Assembly (NCBI GenBank): GCA_910588695.1
Contig: CAJUOV010000008.1
Location: 19,254 to 83,253, forward strand
Reading direction: 5' to 3'
DNA length: 64,000 nt
DNA from: an uncultured Christensenellaceae bacterium
Lineage (GTDB): Bacteria; Bacillota; Clostridia; Christensenellales; Borkfalkiaceae
Shown here: positions 50,593 through 58,796 of the stretch, piece by piece
How positions within the stretch are numbered: position 1 is the stretch's first letter
How the letters are laid out: the number at the start of each line of letters is the position of its first letter
The notes under the pieces: generated by a model
Databases searched by the model: none
The model's input: the letters and a program-made list of their open reading frames with translations, nothing else
What the model was told of the DNA's origin: nothing
Translations under genes and position numbers: made by a program

Positions 50593-51009
50593 GCGTATCG
50601 TATATCCTAATTTTCAATTTGTATTGACTGATCGGGCACCAAAGAACGCGCTTGATTAAACAAGAACGGCAAATAAAATACAGTACGCACGCTTAAATCG
50701 TTAATACCTACTTGATAAAAAAATCGCGTTCAAACAACAGGTAGAACACGATTGCTTTTGCGGAGAATTCTCTTACTTGTGCTAACAAAAAGCATTGTTT
50801 TGCCGTTTAATTTGGCGAGAACCGTGTCACAACAGCCACCATGAAAGGCAAAATCACGGAGACGCCCGAACGGCAAAAAGCAGTCGCTCTACGCCAAGAA
50901 AATGACTGACACGATAGTTGGTCTTAAGGCAACTTGCAAAAAAGGTTTTATATACTCGTAATAATCATAATCTATGTAAGGAACATAGACCGTCAACTTT
51001 TGCGAAAAA

Positions 51010-51200
51010 CTGTGCTTGGTTAATTAGAAAGAAAAAATTTTTTGAGAAATTTTCGTCCACGCATCTATATTTTTGCCTATAAGTGTGCTTGGTTATATGG
51101 AGAGACTTTGAAAATTTTTAAGAAAGTTTTACATCAGACCCCGAACTTTTTAAGAAAAGTGTGCTTGGTTAAGTAGAGAGATATTTTAAGGAGGTGCAAC
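51010..51200 (+). repeat. Three tandem degenerate ~75-bp repeats with a conserved TGTGCTTGGTTA core
   Basis: Cores lie at 51011-51022, 51084-51095 and 51160-51171 (periods 73 and 76 bp). Each is followed by (T/A)AGAGAGA-like and TTTT(A/G)AG(A/G)A(A/G) segments. Confidence 0.7.
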
Positions 51201-51217
51201 TATGAGCGGATAAACCC

Positions 51218-51246
51218 TTGACAAACAACTCCGCATAGAGTAAAAT
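51218..51246 (+). promoter_or_regulatory. Promoter of the RHH gene
   Basis: TTGACA (51218-51223), N17, TAAAAT (51241-51246). Confidence 0.65.
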
Positions 51247-51299
51247 ATATTCAGTCGTATATATACGATTATGTATTATTACCCTACGGAGGAAAGACA

Positions 51300-51566
51300 A
51301 TGGCAACAGATAGGTCTATTAAAGACAAGCGTTATGAAGAAAAGCATAAGGAAGAAAGAAAAGCGAAGTATATGATTTGGGGTACGAGCGTACCTCGAAA
51401 GTATGCCGAAGAAATAAATGAGTTCTTGGCAAAGTACGGTTTTACCAAAGTGCAACTCATCGAAGCAGGCTTTAAGGCATTGATTGACGAAGCTGCCGAA
51501 ATGGATACTTCTCTTGCCAAGACAATGGATTGCTACGACGATTTCTTTGTATCGGAGAAAAAGTAA
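51300..51566 (+). CDS. Small ribbon-helix-helix-like protein (88 aa), orphan
   Basis: GGAGGA SD 7 nt upstream. The segment KYMIWGTSVPRKYAEEINEFLAKYGFTKVQLIEAGFKALI has the beta-strand/helix/helix spacing of CopG/Arc/MetJ-type RHH domains. The N-terminal tail is basic. Confidence 0.5.
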   Translation: MATDRSIKDKRYEEKHKEERKAKYMIWGTSVPRKYAEEINEFLAKYGFTKVQLIEAGFKALIDEAAEMDTSLAKTMDCYDDFFVSEKK

Positions 51567-51839
51567 CTTCTTCCTTATGGATGGTAGCGTGGAAAAATAA
51601 TCGGATAGCTCGACGTCCACAAAGGACTAAATTATTTTCAGCAAGAACTTTCTATCCGTAGATTTGGCTACGGGTAGGGTGGTGTTATTTGACGATTGCG
51701 TTTATATCTTCTACAATACTTCGCCGAACACTCCGACAAAGGTTAAGTTAGATAAAAGCGAATTAAACGAACTCCGCGAATACCGCAAAAATAGAAAAAG
51801 CACTCAATCTGTTCCGCTTGGGTTCAAATTGGGTGCTCT

Positions 51840-51927
<88 letters not shown>

Positions 51928-52120
51928 ATCTGAAAATATTTAGTTTTGGGGCGCAAAATCAAGTAAAAATGATTTTGTAGAAGTCTACAATACTTCCGTT
52001 GTAGAAACTGTCAACCCCTCACGCTGTTGCGATTTACCGCTCACAACAAGTCGTTTTACGCCGAAAATCAAGCGTTTAGGTGAATTTCAAAGCAGTCAAG
52101 TAATCTCGTTGTAGAAAGAT

Positions 52121-52193
52121 TTAGGAGAATAACCCCATTGAAATCAATCGCTTTTCAAGACCGCCTCGTTATGACCGCTTCGACAAGCCTCCG
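52121..52193 (-). pseudogene. Decayed tRNA-Ser(UGA)-derived fragment
   Basis: atcaatcgcttttcaagaccgcctcgttatgaccgct aligns by eye with the anticodon and D-arm region of the intact tRNA-Ser (atcaacggttttcaagaccgccgcattcgaccgct). The T-arm remnant is ggagaataacccc versus gggattcgaaccccc. There is no intact acceptor stem. Confidence 0.5.
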
Positions 52194-52294
52194 TAAATAA
52201 TCAGTTGTTGCAAGCATACTCCGTCGACAAATTTCGCACTGAAACGACAAAGTCATTATACGTCACAAAAATAATTCCGTCAAGCTCTTCCCTG

Positions 52295-52522
52295 TCATAA
52301 CACGGAAAAATTTTTTACGCGGACGGCGCGGAACGATAAAGTTACTTCGTAAGCCCCTTTTATTCGTTTTACCGTGAGCTTTGCTTCTCCGTCCACATCG
52401 AAATATTCGCCCGCAACCCGTTCAAGGTCCGCAAGCGCAGCTTTTCTCGACGCCTCGTTCATCTCCTCTTTATCTCTGTCGAGCATCTGTTCCAAACGGA
52501 TCTTCGATTCTCTATCCCGCAT
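52295..52522 (-). CDS. minE: MinE-like cell division topological specificity factor (75 aa, lacks the usual N-terminal membrane-targeting helix)
   Basis: ATG at 52522 with a GGAGGT SD, 2 nt after the minD stop. SKIRLEQMLDRDK resembles the MinE AKERLQ..L.HDR segment. LADLERVAGEYFDVDGEAKLTVKR...EVTLSF resembles the MinE C-terminal domain. Confidence 0.5.
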   Translation of the reverse strand: MRDRESKIRLEQMLDRDKEEMNEASRKAALADLERVAGEYFDVDGEAKLTVKRIKGAYEVTLSFRAVRVKNFSVL

Positions 52523-52524
52523 AT

Positions 52525-53250
52525 TTACCTCCGAAAACGTTTTTTGACTTTTTCTTCCCTTTTCCCGTCCACGATAAATTCCGCAAGCGCGCGAAAAGAA
52601 CGGGAACGCTTCCACACATTGTCCAGATAAAGTTTATCTTCTTCCGCAACAACAGCGAAGAGCGGCACGCGGAGAATTTCGGAAATTTCATCGGACGACA
52701 AAATTTCACCCCGACGCGCCATATCTTTTCTGACAAGATTGACGACGAGTCCGACCGAAGAAAGACGGTAGCTTTTTAGCATTCCCGCAACTCTGTCGGC
52801 ATCTCGCATGGCGGAAATATGCGGAGTCGTAACGAGAAGCCCCTCTTCCGCACAGGAGACGGCGCGGTGAAATCCCTCGTCGATCCCCGCCGGCGAATCG
52901 ATCAGAATAAAATCGAACTGCGGAGCCAGCGTATCCAAAACAAGCCTCACCGCCTGCGGCGACACATAACGGTCGGGAACGCGATTGCTCGATACCGAAA
53001 ACAGCGTGGGATATTCGGGATGACCGCTCAAAACCTGACGGGCGCGGCACCTGCCTTCCACCGCATCGCAAACATCGTACACCGCGCGGTTTTCCACTCC
53101 GAGCACAACGTCAACGTTGTTCAACCCGAAATCGAGATCGGCAACGATCACGCGGTAACCGAGGCGGGCAAGCTGCACTCCCAAATTGCAGCAAACCGTC
53201 GTTTTGCCCACTCCCCCTTTGCCCGACGTAATTACAATCTTCCTCGCCAT
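52525..53250 (-). CDS. minD: Septum site-determining ATPase MinD
   Basis: Deviant Walker A (ITSGKGGVGKTT), DLDFGLNNVD, IDSPAGI and a basic C-terminal tail (KVKKRFRR). Confidence 0.85.
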   Translation of the reverse strand: MARKIVITSGKGGVGKTTVCCNLGVQLARLGYRVIVADLDFGLNNVDVVLGVENRAVYDVCDAVEGRCRARQVLSGHPEYPTLFSVSSNRVPDRYVSPQAVRLVLDTLAPQFDFILIDSPAGIDEGFHRAVSCAEEGLLVTTPHISAMRDADRVAGMLKSYRLSSVGLVVNLVRKDMARRGEILSSDEISEILRVPLFAVVAEEDKLYLDNVWKRSRSFRALAEFIVDGKREEKVKKRFRR

Positions 53251-53279
53251 TTTTTCCGTACCTTTTGCGTTTTTTGAAA

Positions 53280-53288
53280 ATTATACCA
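53280..53288 (-). promoter_or_regulatory. Extended -10 element upstream of minD
   Basis: Reverse strand reads TGgTATAAT about 30 nt upstream of the minD ATG. No good -35. Confidence 0.4.
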
Positions 53289-53371
53289 CGCCGCGATGCG
53301 ATATTTATGAGGAAATCTGCCGATTTAAGATGAATTCAGTCATATCATCGGCTTTCCGCCGACCTTACCGA

Positions 53372-53409
53372 ATAAAAAAATCGGAGTGAGGATTCACTCC
53401 GATTTTTTC
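53372..53409. terminator. Bidirectional terminator after the ABC exporter operon
   Basis: atcggagtga-ggat-tcactccgat flanked by A7 and T6 runs. Confidence 0.75.
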
Positions 53410-53477
53410 AGCAACGATTGTACATAGCGTTCGTATTCTTCGTCGGTAAGTTTTTTCAGTTTTTGCTTTTTTGCCAT
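53394..53477 (-). CDS. Possible 27-aa Lys-rich micropeptide
   Basis: AGAGAGG, 6 nt, then ATG gives MAKKQKLKKLTDEEYERYVQSLLKKSE. The stop lies inside the terminator stem. It is below the ORF-track cut-off. Confidence 0.25.
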   Translation of the reverse strand: MAKKQKLKKLTDEEYERYVQSLLKKSE

Positions 53478-53529
53478 ATATAAGCCTCTCTTTTGTCTTT
53501 TGGCTTAGTATCGGCAATCTTTCCGTTTT

Positions 53530-56391
53530 TTATTCCGTTCTGAGCGCAATCACAGGGTCTTTCTTTGCCGCGGCGCTTGCGGGAATAAGTCCGGACACGA
53601 GCGTAAGCCCGACACTGATCAAAACCATGATTAGCGCAGCAATGGGATTCAAAGACGCAAGACCGATGATCCCCGTAAGCGGATTGAGAATCGCATTGAT
53701 CAAAAACGATAGTACATAGCTCACCACCACGCCGATCAGACCTGCGCCGAGACCTATGATGAAGGTCTCCGCATTGAATAGATTCTTGATATCGCGTTTC
53801 CGCGCGCCAAGCGCGCGCAATACGCCGATTTCTTTAACGCGCTCCACCACCGAAACATAAGTGATAATTCCGATCATGACGGAGGAGACGACAAGCGAAA
53901 TCGCAGTAAACGCCACGAGCACATAGGTAATCGCATTGAGCATCGTCTGCACCATACTCATGAGAACGCCCACCGTGTCCGAATAGGTGATCTTATCCTT
54001 TTCTCCGAGCACGAGCGGATCATGCCCTTCCAATTCATAAGTCGCGCCCCTCTCGCACATTGCGTTCCATTCGTCGAGATAGGCGAGCATTTTTTCTTTG
54101 CCCTCGAAGTCGCGGGCGTAGAGCGAAACGGAAGAATAACTGTCGTCGCCGCCGAGCGAACGCACGACCGGCTCGATTTCCGCCGCTACGCGGAGATTGC
54201 CGTAGGGCGTTCCGCCCGCGTCGGGAACGAACTGAGAAATCGCAAAATAATAATCGTCAAACTGCGACGCATTGCAGGGCGAGAGGTAAACTTTCATTTT
54301 ACTCAACGGATCCTGCGGATTATTGATCTCAAAGGCGGACTTCTCCAAAATCCATTTTACGATTTTGGAATCGAGATTGCTCTGCACGTATCGATCGACC
54401 GCCGCTTCCGTGATATTCAAACCGTTTTGCAGACATCCGTAGTTCAACCCTTCTTTCAACGAAAGAATGGCGGTGATCTTCATGTTGATTCCGTCCTCCG
54501 AGGTGAGCGTCGTCCACTCCTCTTCAACTTCGGGTGTTTCGGGCGTTTTAGATTTAAAAGAGGACTTGTAATCGAACGGATATTTTCCGATTCTCTCCAT
54601 GTCGGAGGAAGCGTTTTTATACTCTTCGTTTTCAAGATATACGGTATCATTGTAGAGCAATTTATACTCTTTGCCTAAAATATCTTTGTACGGAATATAG
54701 ATGGGTTTTTTCTCCTCTTCCGTTGCGTCCGGCTTCCCTTTATCGAAGAGAGAAAGGAAGTCCTTTTCATCCAAAATTCCGAGCTGTGCGAGCAGCAGGT
54801 CGGTGGCGGCACGGTCGGACGAAACGACGAGAACCGCCTCGTTCTCGTTTTCGGGGAAATGCATAGTCTCGGGATCAAGAACGTCATACTGCGAAAGCAC
54901 GTAACTCGCATACCTTTCTTTATCGTCGAAGTTGCTCGTCCCCGGCATTTTGTGCACGATGTTACCGAAGAAGTCGGCAAATCCCGTCAGGGAAGCGTAT
55001 TCCGCTTTATAGTTGCGCAAATCTTGTATGTACTTCTTTTTGAGTTCGGAAATGGAGAGCTGTTCGGGAGAGAACGGAATGTGCTCGTAATGACCTGTAT
55101 TTTCGTTTTTTACGTCAAAGTCTCCCCGATTAACTTTTAAGTAAATATTGTTTACAAGAGACGCTCCGTAGCCGAACTGCATTTCCGCATACATGCTCGG
55201 ATCCATCTTTTTGACATAGTCCACATATTGATCGGAGATATTGTTCTGAATCGCCATATCGTTCGCAAGACCGGTCAAGAAGGAATCGACATACACTCTG
55301 TCGCCGATTTCATTCAGATCGGGCATATCTTTGGGCGCGGTAAACGAAGTCATGACGGATGCCATGTCGAATGTGCTCTCCGTGACCTGTACGGGATAGT
55401 ACGAGAGCATATCCTCTTCCGTTTTCTGTATGTAATGGTTGAATCCGTTCGAAAGAGCGAGTACGAGACAGACGCTGATAATGCCTATGCTTCCGCCCAA
55501 AGAAGTCAAAATCGTGCGTCCCTTCTTGGTCAGAAGATTGCGGAACGAGAGCGCCAGCGCAGTAAAAAATCCCATCTTCGCGCGCGGCTTTTTCTTCTTT
55601 TGCGGCTTTTCCGTCTGTTGCTCGGGGACGGGTTTCTTTTCGGACTCTTTTACGTTCTCTTCCGCATTCGCTTCGGGGGGGGGTAAAAGACGTTCTTTCT
55701 CCTCCTCTTCTTCCGAATAGGGATTGCTGTCGGACTCCACTTCGCCGTCTTTGAGGCGCACGATTCGGGTCGCGTAACTTTCGGCAAGTTCGGGGTTGTG
55801 CGTCACCATGACGACAAGACGTTCGCCCGCGATTTCGCGGATAAGTTCCATCACTTCGACGCTCGTTTTGGAGTCGAGCGCGCCAGTCGGTTCGTCGGCA
55901 AGCAGAATCGCCGGATTGTTGACAAGGGCGCGCGCAATCGCAACGCGCTGCATCTGTCCGCCCGAAAGCTGGTTGGGACGCTTGTTCATCTCTTTCCCGA
56001 GTCCCACCCTTTCGAGCGCTTCTTTTGCCCGCGCAACACGTTCCTCGCGGCTGATTCCGGCGATCGTAAGCGCAAGTTCCACATTGCCCAACACGCTCTG
56101 GTGAGGAATCAGATTATATGACTGAAAGATAAAACCGATTCTGTGGTTTCTGTAAACGTCCCAATCCCTGTCGGAAAAGTTCTTAGTCGACTTTCCTTCG
56201 ATCACCAGATCCCCTTCGGTATAATGATCGAGTCCGCCGATGATATTGAGAAGGGTGGTTTTTCCGCAGCCCGACTGCCCTAAAATCCCCACGAATTCAT
56301 TTTCGCGGAAACAGAGGTTTACGCCTTTGAGCGCCTGTACTTTGGAAGATGCGATCTTATAATCTTTTTTGATATTGACTAGCTTTAACAT
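53530..56391 (-). CDS. Fused ABC transporter ATPase plus FtsX-type permease (MacB-like) with a very large extracytoplasmic domain
   Basis: The N-terminus has GQSGCGKTT Walker [16 protein letters not shown] and [12 protein letters not shown] Glu/Lys-rich linker follows, then a TM helix, a ~500-aa loop and a C-terminal FtsX 3-TM bundle ([15 protein letters not shown]). Confidence 0.85.
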   Translation of the reverse strand: MLKLVNIKKDYKIASSKVQALKGVNLCFRENEFVGILGQSGCGKTTLLNIIGGLDHYTEGDLVIEGKSTKNFSDRDWDVYRNHRIGFIFQSYNLIPHQSVLGNVELALTIAGISREERVARAKEALERVGLGKEMNKRPNQLSGGQMQRVAIARALVNNPAILLADEPTGALDSKTSVEVMELIREIAGERLVVMVTHNPELAESYATRIVRLKDGEVESDSNPYSEEEEEKERLLPPPEANAEENVKESEKKPVPEQQTEKPQKKKKPRAKMGFFTALALSFRNLLTKKGRTILTSLGGSIGIISVCLVLALSNGFNHYIQKTEEDMLSYYPVQVTESTFDMASVMTSFTAPKDMPDLNEIGDRVYVDSFLTGLANDMAIQNNISDQYVDYVKKMDPSMYAEMQFGYGASLVNNIYLKVNRGDFDVKNENTGHYEHIPFSPEQLSISELKKKYIQDLRNYKAEYASLTGFADFFGNIVHKMPGTSNFDDKERYASYVLSQYDVLDPETMHFPENENEAVLVVSSDRAATDLLLAQLGILDEKDFLSLFDKGKPDATEEEKKPIYIPYKDILGKEYKLLYNDTVYLENEEYKNASSDMERIGKYPFDYKSSFKSKTPETPEVEEEWTTLTSEDGINMKITAILSLKEGLNYGCLQNGLNITEAAVDRYVQSNLDSKIVKWILEKSAFEINNPQDPLSKMKVYLSPCNASQFDDYYFAISQFVPDAGGTPYGNLRVAAEIEPVVRSLGGDDSYSSVSLYARDFEGKEKMLAYLDEWNAMCERGATYELEGHDPLVLGEKDKITYSDTVGVLMSMVQTMLNAITYVLVAFTAISLVVSSVMIGIITYVSVVERVKEIGVLRALGARKRDIKNLFNAETFIIGLGAGLIGVVVSYVLSFLINAILNPLTGIIGLASLNPIAALIMVLISVGLTLVSGLIPASAAAKKDPVIALRTE

Positions 56392-56407
56392 ATTACGTCC
56401 TTAATTT

Positions 56408-56875
56408 TTAAAAATTTTTACCCTTTGAATTTCGGTTTTCCCCGCGTACCTTTTCAAACACGTCCGCAAATTCTTCGCACAGCGAAATAAGCTGATCCGC
56501 CTTTTCTTTACCGAACTCCTCCACCACGCGGTTGATGAGTTTGTTTGCCTCTTCACACTGCTGTTGAAACACGCTGAGCGAAGATTCGGTGAGAACGACA
56601 TAAAAAATTTTGCGGTCGGTCGGCGATGCGGTACGCTTGACGATTCCGCGGTTTTCGAGTTTGGTCACAAGCTGGGATACCGCCGAGCGGGTCACGTTCA
56701 GCCGTCTCGCAAGCTCGGAAGAAATAATTTTGTTTCCCGCTTCCCGCTCCATCACGATCTCGCGGATCAGCCGAAACTCGGTCTGAGAAAGATTGACGCT
56801 CCCGGGGAGAACGTTAAGCCCCTCCATAAATTTGACAGTCAGAATAAGTTTACTCAGATATTTTCCGTTTTCCAT
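56408..56875 (-). CDS. MarR-family transcriptional regulator
   Basis: SSELARRLNVTRSAVSQLVTKLENRGIVKR forms a winged HTH. ATG at 56875 with a GGAGGA SD. It lies 16 nt upstream of the ABC gene. Confidence 0.85.
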   Translation of the reverse strand: MENGKYLSKLILTVKFMEGLNVLPGSVNLSQTEFRLIREIVMEREAGNKIISSELARRLNVTRSAVSQLVTKLENRGIVKRTASPTDRKIFYVVLTESSLSVFQQQCEEANKLINRVVEEFGKEKADQLISLCEEFADVFEKVRGENRNSKGKNF

Positions 56876-56925
56876 ATGTATATCCTCCGTTTCGACATTT
56901 GCTTTGTCAATCACGTAACAATTAA

Positions 56926-56955
56926 ATTATACACCCATTCCGAAAAAAATGTCAA
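56926..56955 (-). promoter_or_regulatory. marR-ABC operon promoter
   Basis: Reverse strand reads TTGACA-N18-TATAAT. The inverted repeat TTGT-N10-ACAA lies just downstream and is a possible MarR box. Confidence 0.55.
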
Positions 56956-57005
56956 CGATAGAAACATATTTTTTCGTCACTTCACTGTTTTTTCATAATT
57001 TGATC

Positions 57006-57049
57006 AAAAAGACCTCCTGCGCGGAAATTCGCGCAGGAGGCCGGTTTTT
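57006..57049. terminator. Terminator after the CNNM transporter gene
   Basis: 11-bp perfect stem cctcctgcgcg-gaaatt-cgcgcaggagg with T-runs on both strands. Confidence 0.75.
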
Positions 57050-57058
57050 CTGATTATT

Positions 57059-58120
57059 TTATTCTTCCGTTTCGTCCACAGACTCCGCCTCTTCGGGCTC
57101 CGGAATAAAGGGATTGAGGGGGGAAGTAACGGGCGTAAGGTCGTATTTATCGTCAAGATCGCCCAAAAGTTCCTCAATGATATCCTCCCGCGTGATGAGC
57201 CCCAAGGCATTCCCCTCCGCTCCTACGATCATCATGTGCTCCCGCCGCGACTGCATCTGCTTCATCAGCGCCGAGAGCTTGACGTCCGTGGAAGTATAAG
57301 AGACGGGACGCACGATATTTTCGAAGCTGCGCCTGCCCGAGAGCATATTTTCATAGAAATCCGCCCGATACAGAATACCGATGATACTCTGCTTCGTCCC
57401 CTTGTAAACGGGAATACGCGAAAAGTTAGTCTCGCGGAAAATTTTATAAACGAGACGGGAATTATCCCTGATCTCCACGGCGATCACCCTGTCGAGCGGG
57501 ATCATCACGGAACCGACGTGCAATTCGTCGTAGCGGAGCGTCTTTTCGATAAGATCGTGCTCGGTCTCGTTGAGCACGCCCTCTTTTTTAACATCCGAAA
57601 CGAGCATTTTGAACTCTTCTTCGGTGTAGCTCGGCTTCTTTTTATTGAGGCGGAACATCCAGAAAATCATCTTCTTCCAAAGCGCAAAGATAAGATTCAG
57701 AGGATAAAATATCCATGTACAGACAAGAAGCGGGTACGCCATAATGCGGGCGAACAACTCGGGATATTCCCGCGCGAGCGTTTTGGGCGTTACTTCCCCG
57801 AAAATTAAAACGACAACGGTCAAAACGACGGTCGATATCGTGGGACCCAGACTTTCGCCTAAGAACCGCGTAAAGATGACCGTTGCAATGGAAGCCGCTG
57901 CAATGTTGACGATATTGTTCCCGATAAGAAGGGTAGTTAAAACCTTGTTGTAATCCGAACTCAGAGAAAGCGCGACGCGCGCCGTCCTCTTCTTTGCGGA
58001 AAGCCTGCGCATTCTTACCGTTGAAAAACTTGTGTATGCCGTTTCCGTCGCGCTGAATATCCCCGACAGAATGACAAGTACGACAAGCGCAATCAATAGA
58101 CCGATTGTGCCTATGTCCAT
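57059..58120 (-). CDS. CNNM/HlyC-CorC-family transporter (DUF21 plus CBS pair)
   Basis: N-terminal 4-TM DUF21 (ILSGIFSATETAYTS, GEVTPKT) followed by tandem CBS-like segments. The C-terminal tail is acidic. Confidence 0.8.
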   Translation of the reverse strand: MDIGTIGLLIALVVLVILSGIFSATETAYTSFSTVRMRRLSAKKRTARVALSLSSDYNKVLTTLLIGNNIVNIAAASIATVIFTRFLGESLGPTISTVVLTVVVLIFGEVTPKTLAREYPELFARIMAYPLLVCTWIFYPLNLIFALWKKMIFWMFRLNKKKPSYTEEEFKMLVSDVKKEGVLNETEHDLIEKTLRYDELHVGSVMIPLDRVIAVEIRDNSRLVYKIFRETNFSRIPVYKGTKQSIIGILYRADFYENMLSGRRSFENIVRPVSYTSTDVKLSALMKQMQSRREHMMIVGAEGNALGLITREDIIEELLGDLDDKYDLTPVTSPLNPFIPEPEEAESVDETEE

Positions 58121-58165
58121 AAAAAAAGAAAAATTCCTCCTTTAATTAAAAATACAATCCGAACT

Positions 58166-58711
58166 TTATGATTTCGTGCGTTTTCTGATCACGAGAACCC
58201 GTGTTTTCTCTTTGGAAGTACCGTAACGCGACTGAACTTCCCGCTCTGTCCGTCGAGGTTCGGGCGTTTCCCGTATCGCAGACTCTCCGTCTTCGGCGCC
58301 CGCCGGTAAAGACGCGTAAACGGCGTCGTTGTACGAAGTTCTCGCCGTATCCGTTTCGTTACCGAAATAAGCTACCGCAAAGGCTTCGCCGCTTCGCCCG
58401 CCCAAACTGAAAAAGAAAAGATCCTCCGGATCGATCGAAATTTTCGCCACGCTCCCGACCGCTTCTTCGCTCGCATAGACGGTGCCGAATTTTTCTTTGA
58501 CTTCCGGTTCGGGATATTGCCACGGAGCAAGCGCCGCTTTGCCCTCTTTTCTGCTTCTCACGAGCGCATCGAAAGCACGCGCGCAGGGATAATCGCAATA
58601 ACGGTCGCAGAAGACACAGCGCGCATATTTGCCGCACATGTCCGAATTCTGCTTGGTTCCCGCTCTCCATTTTTCGGTTTTCAAAAACTGTTCGAGTTGT
58701 TTGAAAGTCAT
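58166..58711 (-). CDS. Hypothetical protein with an N-terminal Cys cluster
   Basis: ATG at 58711 gives MTFKQLEQFL...CGKYARCVFCDRYCDYPC. No family recognised. Confidence 0.4.
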   Translation of the reverse strand: MTFKQLEQFLKTEKWRAGTKQNSDMCGKYARCVFCDRYCDYPCARAFDALVRSRKEGKAALAPWQYPEPEVKEKFGTVYASEEAVGSVAKISIDPEDLFFFSLGGRSGEAFAVAYFGNETDTARTSYNDAVYASLPAGAEDGESAIRETPEPRRTEREVQSRYGTSKEKTRVLVIRKRTKS

Positions 58712-58796
58712 ACGGTTTTCCTTTGCCGACAGAACTGTTTTTTCTATTATACTCCCGTTTGCTCTAAATATCAAGCATTCGCGTAAAAAATCTTGT

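Noticed and set aside
50518-50640. c-di-AMP (ydaO/kimA-type) riboswitch in front of trkA
   Set aside because: The promoter lies only ~45 nt from the ATG, leaving no room for the ~130-nt pseudo-symmetric motif. No ACGGGG / CCCA-type conserved boxes are visible further upstream.
51010-51200. CRISPR array
   Set aside because: There are only three units, the repeats are degenerate rather than identical, the repeat and 'spacer' parts are both partly conserved between units, and there are no cas genes in the window.
52523-52615. Longer GTG-initiated MinE frame overlapping the 3' end of minD
   Set aside because: It has no SD, overlaps minD by 91 nt and adds ~20 extra residues relative to typical MinE spacing. 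I kept it only as an alternative to test, not as the annotated start.
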